64,000 nt of DNA from Octopus sinensis (Eukaryota): positions 50,778,001 to 50,842,000 of the forward strand of contig NC_043007.1 of the NCBI RefSeq assembly GCF_006345805.1, written 5' to 3'. The notes beneath the pieces were generated by a model, which worked only from the letters and a program-made list of their open reading frames with translations, was not told where the DNA came from and made no database searches. Position 1 is the stretch's first letter, and each line of letters opens with the position of its first letter. The translations under genes and the position numbers were made by a program. Positions 14,475-26,879 of the stretch are shown piece by piece.

Positions 14475-16022
14475 AGTGGAGATCAGGTTGATCAGGGCTG
14501 ATTTAGGACTAAACGATTGCAATGAAATACACGAGTCAACGTGGTTTACTAGAAATACCAACCAAGCCTTTCTCAAACGAAACACTAAAGTCTGAAATAA
14601 GAAAAGGGACTACTAGATAATGTAATTCTAGACAAAACCCCTGAAAAAGCAGGATGACCCCCGTTATAATATCTTTGACCATTGGTCTTCTTCAATGCTG
14701 ACCTACAACTACAATAAAAACAGTTCTTTGATATCATGTTATCTTTATAATCGTTGTCCAATAAAAAAAAATATGTTCAGTGTAAGTTGTGTCTCTAAGA
14801 TCTTTCTAGACACAAGACATTCTCTTTGTGAACAATAAGTCACATAGCAAAAAACTGGCGGTGGACTTGGCTTGGATTCGGAGAAAAGAGGAAATAAAAA
14901 AGAGATGGGAACAAGGAGACTATTATAGTTCACAAGTTTAAAGTGGTGGGGGTGTAAATTAAAGGAGTGGTAGAGGTGAGAAGTACACGTTGTTCAATAA
15001 ATAGCCAACAGAAGCTATGCACCAGCTTGTCTGTGCTAATTACCTTTAAGCTTGCTATAACATGACCAAAGATTCAGACGCTCCATCAATCAAAAAACAA
15101 CAAAATCCAGAACCAGCCAACCGACAACCGAGAGCTACCCTTTGTGTATATGTGTGTATATGTGCATGTGTGTGTTTGTTTATTTCTATGTGGGTGGGTG
15201 TATGTATGCGCGCGTGTGTCACTGATTTTTTTTTATTCCATCTTTATTTTCTCTTTTTATTTTGTAGACAGTGGGTTGGTCAAGTCACCTTGATTTAAAG
15301 CCGCTTAAGACTTCGTCACAAGCTCCCTACTAACCCCCCCCTACACAGAAATATAGAAATACATACACACACACACATACACAAACATTCCCTCATGCAC
15401 GTACTCACGCATTTAGTGGCACACATTACATATCCACATAAATATATGAGAAACACGTGCGCACACATATGCACACTCATTCACCAACGGAGAAATGCAC
15501 ACACACACACACATGTATGTATGTATGTATGTATGTATGTATGTATGTATGTATGACAATGCTCACACCCGTCCAGACACATATAACGTGACATAAACGT
15601 ACACAGCCGTACCATACACTTTCGCGCAATTATAGCGGCAAGGTTTGGCAGCTGATTAATTTTTCTGCTTCTTCACCCCATTATTATTATTATCATTGTT
15701 ATCGTTGTTGTTGTGGGGGTGGGACGGCAGCAGCTCGATAGCATTTAGTAGTGGGACACTGCGCCCATACGAACGCGTGTTTACCAATGGCAACATGCAA
15801 CATCACCGACCAAGTACGCACTAACATACAGACCTATACACACATAAATAAACAGCATGCATATAAACAAAAAACAAGTATTACACACACACGTTTAAAG
15901 GATTAAAGTAGTCCTTGTCAACAACAAAATATCTACGATATACATACATACACATATACGCGGGTGGGGGTGCGAGTGAGTGTGTGCATGCACACAATAG
16001 TATAGATATGTGCAGACGTGTG

Positions 16023-16070
<48 letters not shown>

Positions 16071-16126
16071 CATATACATATATATCTACACACGCATGTA
16101 TATATATGTGTGTGTATACACACACA

Positions 16127-16168
<42 letters not shown>

Positions 16169-16209
16169 TACACACACAATTGGACAATTACCCCATTGCT
16201 AACCACACA

Positions 16210-16237
16210 CACATATATATGTATACGTATATATATA

Positions 16238-16279
<42 letters not shown>

Positions 16280-16289
16280 ATATATACGT

Positions 16290-16347
<58 letters not shown>

Positions 16348-16350
16348 TAT

Positions 16351-16398
<48 letters not shown>

Positions 16399-16477
16399 GT
16401 ATATATGTATATATATATATACATATATATATATATACATATATATGAATATATATATATATACATACATATATGTA

Positions 16478-16523
<46 letters not shown>

Positions 16524-16530
16524 ATACATC
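16210..16530. repeat. Long interrupted (AT)n microsatellite
   Basis: Direct reading. Confidence 0.95.
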
Positions 16531-17381
16531 TATATTTGTATATTACTACCGCTACCGAGTGGAGAAAAACAAGAGGAAATAACGTGGGATGATGAATGTT
16601 ACATTCTGTGTGGGTGTTGCAACAAATTTATGTGTGAGTGTACATGCGTTTGTGCGCGGAGGTAGGTGTATATAGGTGCGTGTGGGTGTGAGTATGTTTG
16701 TATACAGGCTCCACTTTTGCTTATGTAAGCCTATGGACATAGATGCTGGACACACACAACACAGACAGACACATATACCGATATAGGTGCATGTAAACAC
16801 ATGAACAAGTATATATGCACATAAGATGTACAAGTTAATGGCTAGAACAGAATTACCTGTAAAAGTATTCAGGTGTTTCTCTGAATCTACGTTTCACCTG
16901 CTGCTCTCTCTCTTTCTCTCCGTACCAAATGCGCGCGCGCAGGCGTGTGTGTGTGTGTGTGCGTGTTTTTGTATAAGTGTGTATAAGTCGATGGGCGCCA
17001 GTGCATGCCGGTTGCTTGTTATTAAGGCGGAAATAATTGATTTAGTACATGTTAAGTCAACCACCAATCTATTATTGAAATAATGATGATAATAATAACT
17101 AAATTATTATTCATAATGATAACAACAACAACAACAATGACAAAACGAATACATAATAAAATCATATCACAATGTATATTTGAATTCTTCCGCTCTTTTT
17201 GATAAATATCCTTCGTTTGGATTGCTCTTAAATGAATTAAAGGCACTAATACGCAGAAGGACGAATGTTGCTGTAATTCAGCCCCGGGAGACATCGTGTC
17301 CAGCTGGCTATACGACACGATCTGTGTCTTTATATTTTCGAACAAAGAAATCTAGCATACCCACTCAGCTCAAAACAATAT

Positions 17382-17424
17382 CTGTGTATCGCGATTTCCG
17401 GGTTATTTCCCTTCAACAACACTG
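17382..17424 (-). ncRNA. Type I hammerhead ribozyme, degenerate antisense copy
   Basis: Minus strand: CAGUG UUGUUGA AGGG-AAAUAA-CCCG GAAA UCGCGA UA CACAG. Stem II and the palindromic helix III (AUCGCGAU) are intact; the core is mutated (C3U, A6U). Confidence 0.6.
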
Positions 17425-17595
17425 AATATGTTGGCAAACAATCTTTACTCTAAATTACTGTTGCTGAATAACTCACGTTGTGAGATTTAAAATTAATAAT
17501 TTTCTAATTTATAGATCAGTAACTAGTTGTCACTTTGAAATCTCTATATATTTGAAAAGGAATTTGGCAGCGCCACCTCTAGCCGAACAATTATT

Positions 17596-17638
17596 CTGTG
17601 CTGATGAAGAGAAATAACCCGGAAATCGCAATACACAG
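17596..17638 (+). ncRNA. Type I hammerhead ribozyme (intact catalytic core)
   Basis: CUGUG CUGAUGA AGAG-AAAUAA-CCCG GAAA UCGCAA UA CACAG. Perfect 5-bp stem I (CUGUG/CACAG), intact CUGAUGA and GAAA, and an AUA cleavage triplet. Stem II has one mismatch relative to the sister copy. Confidence 0.7.
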
Positions 17639-17986
17639 ATATTGTTTTGAGCTGAGTGGAGGTGCTAGATTCCCTTGTTCAAAAATATAAGGACACAACT
17701 CGTGTCGTATAGCCAGCTGGAGACGATGTCTCCTGGGGCTAAATTACAGCAAAATTCGTCCTAAACCAGGTATGCAAAGTTATCTTGGCAAACAATCTTT
17801 ACTCCAACGTTTTTTCTTTTTGTTTTTTTTTACATTTCATACAGGCGCACATGCGCACGCATTTCTTCTGAAGAGACGATAGTCGTAACATCCGGCCATG
17901 ATATAGGAAGTCAGTACACTATTTGTAATACTGAGTAATTTCATATTGCGTTTTGTTACGATGGCCTGAACGAAATTTCTACATAC

Positions 17987-18053
<67 letters not shown>

Positions 18054-18315
18054 GTGTGTGTGTGTTATATCAAAGTTGACAGTCTACTCTGAGATTCATC
18101 TTAACTGAGCTGTTCACAACTGTCTGTATAATAAATATATATCCATCACAAATGATATAATAAGTATATCCCTATCATAGATATCCACTCTACCCAACGT
18201 ATAGAGTTCTATACCACACATTCTTTGCATTATGTAAAATGCATTCTTGATATACTTCTGATATATATACTGATGTGTCTAGGGAGAGTCATTCCAGTTT
18301 CCAGTCATTTCCACT

Positions 18316-18444
18316 CATTTACTTATTCTTTTTCAAAAAATTTCGCTGCTTCTTGCAACCTCTTCAATAGTTGAAGAGTCAACAACTATTGAAGAGATTG
18401 CAAGAAGCAATGAAAATTTGAGAAGTAAAATAAATAAGTAAATG
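18316..18444. other. Imperfect hairpin, about 60-bp stem and 9-nt loop
   Basis: catttacttattc...cttcttgcaacctcttcaatagttg / caactattgaagagattgcaagaagc...aataagtaaatg. Confidence 0.75.
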
Positions 18445-19052
18445 AATGAAAATCGAACCGGTGTGTGTTTTAATTAATAAAGCAATAAAACAGAATGTCT
18501 CTCCCCAAACACAACAAAATATGCTTCAATACATGAATTCACATAAAGAATCTTGCAAACCAAAGATATATATATGGACACATATATTGTGCCGTATAAC
18601 CAGCTGGAAACGATGTTTTCTGGGGTTACACAACAGTAACAATCGTCCCTTTCATGACAGCCACATTGCGTTGGCAAATAGTCTTTACTTTAAGAACTGT
18701 TACTGAATATCTCTCTTTGAGAGATTTGAGATTATAATGTTTCTATTTCTTTATATGTGTGTGCACATTGCACTTGCTTAAGGTGAGAAACTATGTGAGT
18801 GTTTTTCATAGATACACGGGCAGGCAGAGAGGACAAGCAGACATGAAGATAGATAAAATAGCAATAGGAAAAGAAATACAGGGGTAAAAGGGTCGAGCGA
18901 CATGTGGAATTAAAAAATTTTATAAGGTAAGGTCTCATTGATTGATATGAATGAGAGAATTAGGGGTAATTTTAAAAGGACATGTCTATAATAATAATGA
19001 TAATGGTAATGATGATGATGATGATGTAATAATAATAATAACAATAATAATG

Positions 19053-19108
<56 letters not shown>

Positions 19109-19315
19109 TCTCTCTGGTATAAGCACAAGACCAGAAATTTGGGGGAGTGGGATAGTCGATTACATCGACCTCCAGTACTCAACTGGTACTAATTTATCGA
19201 TACCGCAAGGATAAAAATTCGACCTTGGCAGAATTCGAACTCAAAACGTGAATCCAGAAGAAATGACACTAAGCATTATTTCTCGATGTGCCAACGCTTC
19301 TGCTTGCTCACTGTT
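19109..19315 (-). mobile_element. tRNA-derived SINE family B
   Basis: gcacaagacc...gtcgattacatcgacc...ggtactaatttatcga...gaattcgaactcaaaacg is the reverse complement of family B. Confidence 0.8.
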
Positions 19316-19319
19316 TAAT

Positions 19320-19323
19320 AATG

Positions 19324-19394
<71 letters not shown>

Positions 19395-19425
19395 AAGAAG
19401 AAGAAGAAGAATGATAATAATAAAT

Positions 19426-19462
<37 letters not shown>

Positions 19463-19465
19463 TAA

Positions 19466-19500
<35 letters not shown>

Positions 19501-19514
19501 CAATAATAATAAAT

Positions 19515-19560
<46 letters not shown>

Positions 19561-19639
19561 GAAGAAGAAGAAGAAGAAGAAGAGAAGAAGAAGAAGAAGA
19601 AGAAGAAGAAGAAGAAGAAGAAGAATGATAATAATAAAT

Positions 19640-19676
<37 letters not shown>

Positions 19677-19681
19677 TAAAT

Positions 19682-19715
<34 letters not shown>

Positions 19716-19768
19716 CAATAATAATAAATTTAATAATAATAATATAATAATAATAATAATAATAATAA

Positions 19769-19799
<31 letters not shown>

Positions 19800-19850
19800 A
19801 AGAATGATAATAATAAATTTAATAATAATATAATAATAATAATAATAAAT

Positions 19851-19888
<38 letters not shown>

Positions 19889-19923
19889 TAATAATAATAC
19901 CAATAATAATAAATTTAATAATA

Positions 19924-19977
<54 letters not shown>

Positions 19978-20010
19978 TTAATAATAATAATAACAACAAC
20001 AACAACAATA
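19320..20010. repeat. Compound (AAT)n/(AAG)n array with a roughly 180-215-bp higher-order repeat
   Basis: The same order of interruptions (aatgataataataaattt, aataaaaataaat, aatacc, then an AAG run) recurs from about 19409, 19624 and 19803. Confidence 0.8.
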
Positions 20011-20345
20011 AATAAGTAAGAGAACAAAATAATATATTTGAAATTGGGAAAAATGAACCAACAATATGGATGGGCCTGGAATTATTTAAAATAATATAGG
20101 TACTATAGATGTGTAATTAGGACCGATATTTGCTGTATTTGTTTGTGTAAGAGAGGGAGAGAAAGAGAGGAGAGCAGAAAAAGAGGAGAGCAGAAAGAGA
20201 GGAGAGCAGAAAGAGAAGGAACACAGAATAATTGAAATAGATAGATAGAAATATAGATGTCAGAGCGAAGGGGGTAGTGTAGATGGCAGTAGTGGTGGTG
20301 GTGGTGGTGATGGGTAATAAAATGGTATTAATAAGAGGAACTTAC

Positions 20346-20399
20346 TCTAAGTAACCAGGGCTGGCGCACAGCTGTCCGGCCGAACCATCATCGCATCGA
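20346..20399 (-). CDS. Candidate 54-nt internal coding exon ([19 protein letters not shown], phase 2-2)
   Basis: Minus strand reads catcatttacactcttcAG|tcgatgcg...ttaga|GTAAGT. About 60% GC and CpG-rich against an AT-rich background; only one frame is stop-free. Confidence 0.5.
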
Positions 20400-20604
20400 C
20401 TGAAGAGTGTAAATGATGTAAATGAGAGTGGATATTATTACAGGTTTGCAGTTGTGGGTATAAATTATAGGTGAGCATGCATCGGTTTACATAACTATAC
20501 ATGTGATGTAGTTGTGTGTCTGTGCGTGAGATACATATATGTATGTATGTGTGTACATATATATATTCATATATATATACGTATATATATATAAATAAAT
20601 AAAT

Positions 20605-20661
<57 letters not shown>

Positions 20662-20662
20662 C

Positions 20663-20711
<49 letters not shown>

Positions 20712-21422
20712 TACATCTACATATATATATGTACATATACGCACACACACATTTTAAAGATATATATGAATAAATATATGTATATATACATATATGTACA
20801 CATATATATGTATATATACATATACACACACATATACATATATATATGGACACACACAGAAACATATATATATATATTATATATATATATAATATATTAT
20901 ATATATATATATATATATATTATCTGTATCATAAATACATATATACACCAATACATACATACATACATACATACATACAATTATTGCAGTTATGAGTACA
21001 TAGGTACATTCAAGCATGCATACATACAAGAAAATAAGTTCATTGATACACGAATATATATATATATGTACATACAACAAATCCACATGCCCATGTATAC
21101 ATACATACAATACTATACACATGGGAATAAATACATACGCGAATGATGCCAAATTTGCAGTGTGTGTGTGTGTATTAAATCTGTGTGCCTGTGCGTTGGA
21201 TACACGTACGAAAGGGGGCCTTCTAAAACATTTAACGAAACTCTGGTCCTTGCTAGTGGATCATTCCTACTAGCTCACATGTTTTAACACCGGGCTCTTT
21301 GAAAGAGTCATTGCTACCACGCGATATTGCAGCCTACTAGCGAATAAACAGAGGGAATACATTGAGTACGTGTAGTCGATAACGTTTACTACACTAGCGC
21401 GGCTTCTAATTCATATTTGAAT

Positions 21423-22452
21423 ATATTGGGTTGGCAAGAAAGAAGTTACGATTTTTTTTAATGACTTTTGTCAATACTATGATTCTTTTACCTTTTGACA
21501 GCTGATTGCCGTTACTTTCAGCTTCTTTAGAAGCAAATTGCGCGTAATTTTGTTTACAGCTGGTTCAGTGTCAATTTTAACATGGAGTGCCGAAACGAAC
21601 ATTTTTATCGCCATATTTTTCATTTTTTATTTCCGTAAAGGCAAGAAAACTGCTGAGGCTCACAAAAAGATATGTGAAGTTTCTGGGGTTGATTGCTTAA
21701 CAGAAAGCCCATGTCAGAAATGGTTTTAAAAATTCCGTTCTGGAGATTTTTCACTTAAAGATGACTAAGGTTCTGGTCGACCTACTGGATTTGATGATGA
21801 CTGAATCAAAGTCATAATTGAATCCGACTGCCATATAATTATGCGAGAAATAACAAAGAGATTAAATTTATCATACACAACAAGTGAAAATCAATTAAAA
21901 TGCCTTGAACACGTTAAGAAGCGTAATGAACCAGCACAGACCACATCGAAAGCTGAATTGCATAAAAAAGGTGTTGTGTATTTTGAGCTGCTTTCAAGGA
22001 ACCAAGCGATCAATTCAGATGTTTGCTATCAATAATTAATGAAACTGGGGGAAGTAATCAAAGAAAAACGGCTAGAATTGGCAAAACGTAAAGGAATAGT
22101 GTTCCACTATGACAACCTTAGACCACTCGTGTAAAATTATTGGAACTTGATTGTGAAATAATATCACATCCCCCATATAGCCCTAACCTTGCACCACCAG
22201 ATTACCATTTATTTCGAAGTGTGCAAAATTCTTTGAATCATAAAACTTTCAATAATGATGATGACCTGAAATCGCACTTGCTTCAGTTTTGGGCTGATAA
22301 GGACCAGAAGTTCTATGAGCATGGGATTATGAAGATGTCAAAAGGTCGTCAAACAAAATGGAAAATATAATTGATTAAAGCTCATTCACTGTATGAAAAA
22401 GAAATGACTTTTATTTCACACTAAAAAAACGAAATTGCTTTCATTCCAACAC
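21423..22452 (+). mobile_element. Mariner (D,D34D) transposon, internally deleted and inactive
   Basis: Degenerate TIRs (tattgggttggcaag... / ...ctttcattccaacac). Transposase remnants from ATG 21582: FYFRKGKK.AEAHK.ICEV, FRSGDFSL.D..GSGRP, GVVYFELL..NQAINSD, GIVFHYDN.RP, HPPYSPNLAPPDYHLFRS. Contains stops, frameshifts and large deletions. Confidence 0.92.
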
Positions 22453-22970
22453 GTGTGTGTTTGTGTGTGTGTGTGTGTGTAGTCATACATACAGATATTT
22501 GTGTGTGTTAAGTTTTGTATTTTAACCCTAGGTCAGCCATGATTTAGCACATCTGTGATCCTTACAACCATGTCCATCTTATGGCTATTTCTACTTTTTC
22601 TAATCTAGCAAACACAGAACTACATTCTTCAAGACAGTACAACATGAAATGATGGGGATCTAGCAGGTCAAGCTACCACGTAAAGGTTTCTTTTGCACAA
22701 GTGCGACTATGCGTGTGTATGCGAGTATTCATCATTTTAACTTTGTTTTTTCCTTTCCATTAAATCCGTTTATACAAGCAGCATTTCTATTACAATCAGA
22801 CCCAACCACCACCAACACCACCAGCATCACCAGCACCATCAACACAACCTATCTGCACTTTTGACTTGGTTTCTTTGGTTTTGATGTTATTGTTGTTATG
22901 TCTATTAACAAAAACACACTCGTAGTACTTCACAGTTTGTTGTGTCTAGCTCCGCTCTAAATCTAACAGC

Positions 22971-23001
<31 letters not shown>

Positions 23002-23424
23002 GTGTGTGTCTGTGTATCTGTGTGTGTCTGTGTGTGTGTACATAATGTACGTGTGTGTTTGTACCGTTATCGCTCCACTTTATCCTCTTCTCCATCATCA
23101 CTACCATCATCATAACCACTTCTACCATCTCTATCATCATCACCAACCCTGAACCAATATCCTTTAAACAGAACAACTGTTTTATTTAGTTTTTCCTTAT
23201 TTCAAAAAACAAGAAAAACGTCTAAGGTGGCTACAATATTCAAATACCTTTGTCTGCGACTGATTATGAATATTTTATAGAACCATTTGTTGAATTCTAA
23301 CAGATACAATTTGGGGCAAAGAATGCAACCAATTGAATTGATTAATATTACTCCTTATTGATTTACGGTAAGATGAATAAAGTAAACCCAAGTGCGACTC
23401 GATACATGTGTGTGTGTGTGTGTG

Positions 23425-23600
23425 TTTCTCCTACCACCGCATGACAACCGGTGTTCGTGTGTTTACATACCCGTAACTTGCCGTTCGGCAAAAGAGCCGA
23501 TAGAATAAGTACCAAGTTTTACAAAAAAATAAGTACTGGGTTGCTTCATTCGACTAAAATTCTTCAAAGCTATGCCCCAGTATGACCGTAATCTAATGAA
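23425..23600 (+). mobile_element. SINE family A, 3-prime half
   Basis: gacaaccggtgttcgtgtgtttac...ttcggcaaaagagccgatagaataagtac...tcgactaaa. Confidence 0.7.
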
Positions 23601-24384
23601 AGCTTAATCCATATTCAGATCGAATGTATCAATCACCTCACGACCTGTTTAGCTCTTTGTTGCTGAAAGAGTTTAGCCCAATATTAGCCATTATTAACGG
23701 ATGCATTCTGGCCGTGACCACTCCATATTGTTTTACGCGCATGACTTCTTCCTTTTTATTAAGAGGGCAATACATCTCAACAACATAACCCAACACAAAG
23801 CAAACACACAAGAACAGCAGCATAACCACATAACAGAACGCTACAACAAGCAGACCATGTGACTTCCATGCTACAGCACATAACTAACACAACAAACACA
23901 CTATAGCTGTTCTACATCACAACTACAGTACAACACTTGTTACACAATACACTCTTTCAGACCAGCGACCAAGATTTTATGCGATTGCTCAATCTGCAAG
24001 AAATAACAGAATACGGGTCAACACCTGCCGTCTTTTGGTCTTTATTAAATGGAAAGACACATAGCGTAGTTCTGGACCTTAAAAAAAGACGGTTGGCTAT
24101 GCTTGGAACTCATTTGATAATAACAGACGTAGGACTAAACAATTCTAGTTTCACTTGGTGACGAGAAATTCGAGAAAGAAACTAAGTATAAACAAATCAT
24201 ATTCTTCTTAATGTATGGCTACTAAATTCTCTTTTCCTTACACAATAAAAAAAAACACCCACATTATATTGCTTATTACATAAGAGTATAAAGACATTAA
24301 CGTTTTAAGTCACAAATGAGGAATATTCCAGAAATGTTCCGTTATAATAAAACTTGTGATGTGTCGTTGTTTAATACTGGCTTC

Positions 24385-24587
24385 AAAGTTTGGCACAAGG
24401 CCAGCAAGTTGGCGAAAGGGCAAGTGGATTACATCAACCCCAATGCTCAAGTGGTACTTATTTTCTCGATCCCGCAAGGGTAAGAGGCAATGTCAACTAC
24501 GGTGGAATTTGAACTCAGAATATAAAGACAGACGAAATGCCAAGCATTTTGCCCGGCATGCTAACGATTTTACCAGCTCGTCTCCTT
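24385..24587 (-). mobile_element. SINE family B (antisense member of a head-to-head pair)
   Basis: tggcacaaggcc...gtggtactta...ggtggaatttgaactcagaa...gcattttgcccggcatgctaacg...ccagctcgtctcctt. Confidence 0.85.
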
Positions 24588-24612
24588 GTTCTGCTTAATA
24601 TTATAATGCCAA

Positions 24613-24820
24613 TAAGGCGGCAAGTTGGTAGAAACGGGCGAAATGTCTAGCGGTATTTCGTCTATCTTTATGTTCTGAGTTCAAGTTCCGCCGAGGTCGA
24701 CTTTGCTTTTTATCTTCTCGGGGCTCGATAAATTAAGTACCAGTTGCCTACTGGGGTCGATCTAATCGACTGGCCCAATCCCCCAAAATTTCAAGCTTTG
24801 TGCCTAGAGTAGAAAAGATA
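24613..24820 (+). mobile_element. SINE family B (sense member of a head-to-head pair)
   Basis: aaggcggcaagttggtagaaacg...gagttcaagttccgccgaggtcgac...ggggtcgatctaatcgac...tgtgcctagagtagaaaag. Confidence 0.85.
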
Positions 24821-24889
24821 TTGTAGCGTCATTAGAGTAAGAGAGTATGGCAGCGTAAGATGTGTGTGTGCGCGCTCGCAAAGAATTGT

Positions 24890-25200
24890 TACGGTAGTGA
24901 ATGGTAACTGGGGACTGCTTACGAAAAGAGGAATATCAAAGAATGACTGCCACAAAAATGGTAACCTGGGAATAATTGCAATAGCCAATGATTACAGAAT
25001 GGAGTTGTAACTGAGGAATATTTCCAACAGTAAATGGAATAAGAATGGTTACACCAGTCAAAAATAAGAGGACAAACAATATCAGTGAATGGTAATGTAG
25101 AATAATCACTAAAGGGAATAGTTACTATAGAATGCCTGTAACAGGCAATGGTAACTGGGAAAGGACTGCCGTGAGGAATGGTAATTGTGGATATCTGCGA
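24890..25200. repeat. Degenerate tandem repeat of about 29-30 bp with an aatggtaac motif
   Basis: The motif recurs at about 24900, 24957, 24986, 25043, 25088, 25117, 25147 and 25177. Confidence 0.5.
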
Positions 25201-25302
25201 GTAGCATTGATACCAAGATATACATCTGGTTGTCATTGCATCTGGAGTTTCTAACATTGGTCTTTATTTAGGACTCTTTGACAGTGTTAAACTCTATGCG
25301 CT

Positions 25303-25410
<108 letters not shown>

Positions 25411-25940
25411 CGTTAATAGGTATGACGTCAACGGTAGATGATCGTTGGGGCAGTGTTATTGTGTTAGCGGTGGTGACGGAGGAGCAACTGATGATCATAC
25501 TACTACTATTACTGCTACAACAATACTAATAGTGTTATGATGGTGGTGGTGGTGGTGGTGGTACGTGGAATATGTTCGTTGATTTGATGTGCAGGTATTA
25601 GCATGCTAGTTTCACCGCCCTCGGCTCGTGTTTCCAGACAAAATATTATTCTAACATTCAACAACACACTAATAGAGCCGACGCTTACTGCTAACACACA
25701 CTCTTCAACTAGCACACACTTCATTAACTTATCACTTGGAGACTTCTTCGCCATCAACACTACCAACACCAACAACACCACTATCACAACATCCACCACC
25801 ACAAGCATCATCAGCAGCAGCACAACCACCAAAACCACCGCAACCACCACAGCCGCTGTCACCATATATCACAACCATTACCACCACCACAACCGCTCGC
25901 AACACCATGACAACCATTAGGACGATCACCACCACAGTGC

Positions 25941-25990
<50 letters not shown>

Positions 25991-26879
25991 TGTAATAGTA
26001 GTAGAGTAAAAGGGGAGGGATTTAGCCGGGCAACATTAATGAGGATAATGTACGTTTTGAATGCTCCAAACTTATTGAACACGGAATTTCACTAGTCGGT
26101 GTGTGCGCGTGTATGAGTTCACGAGTGTGTGTGTGTGTATGTATGTATGTATGTATGTGTGTGCGTGTGAGTGTGAGTGTGTGTCTTTCACTATGTTGTT
26201 ACTCGGAGTTTCCTCAAATCAGAATTAAATTATATAAACATAATCATACGTACTTACAAATATACGTGCGTACATGGTTATACATATATAGACACATTGA
26301 TACATACATTCAAACATACACATATGCATACAAGCATATATACATAAATACACATCTATACAGACACACATCCACAGACATACATAAACACCTTATGGCG
26401 CTTGCGCGCACATCGTTACTCGATATCATATTAGAGATAACATGCATGTAACGTACCATGTAACTTGTATGTAATATGTAACATATAGCATTTTGCATAT
26501 AAAATATAGCATGTTATATATAGTGTATAACTAGTTACTTGTAACAAGATGTAAATAAATGATGTAACACGCTAGACATTAACATAATAGATAAATGTAG
26601 TGTATTACAGGTGACAAGCAACATGTTTACTAAAACATGTAAATGTTATACACAATATATAACATATTAAGCTTAATAATACGCGACCTGTTGTAGACGC
26701 TTCAGTTTCAACAATGATTTTATTTGTTTATTTATTTACTTATTTATTTATTATATTAATGGTGGAATCAATAGAGCATCAGATAAATTGCATTCGGCTC
26801 TGAATTCAATACTAGCCTTAGGCAGCTTTTTCTTTCATTTCCAGAATCGATAAAATATTTTAGCTTACTTACTCGACAA

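Larger units (their letters stand above)
17258..17762. repeat. 167-bp inverted repeat (17258-17424 and 17596-17762, about 89% identical) with a 171-bp spacer
   Basis: Manual alignment of the left arm to the reverse complement of the right arm gives about 18 mismatches and no gaps. A partial third copy lies at about 18586-18745. Confidence 0.9.

Noticed and set aside
23961-24157. Plus-strand open segment after a strong acceptor (TSDQDFMRLL...LKKRRLAMLGTHL)
   Set aside because: The donor is weak, and LKKRRLAMLG resembles the RRL.W.GH motif of RTE-type LINEs, so a decayed retroelement is as likely as an exon.
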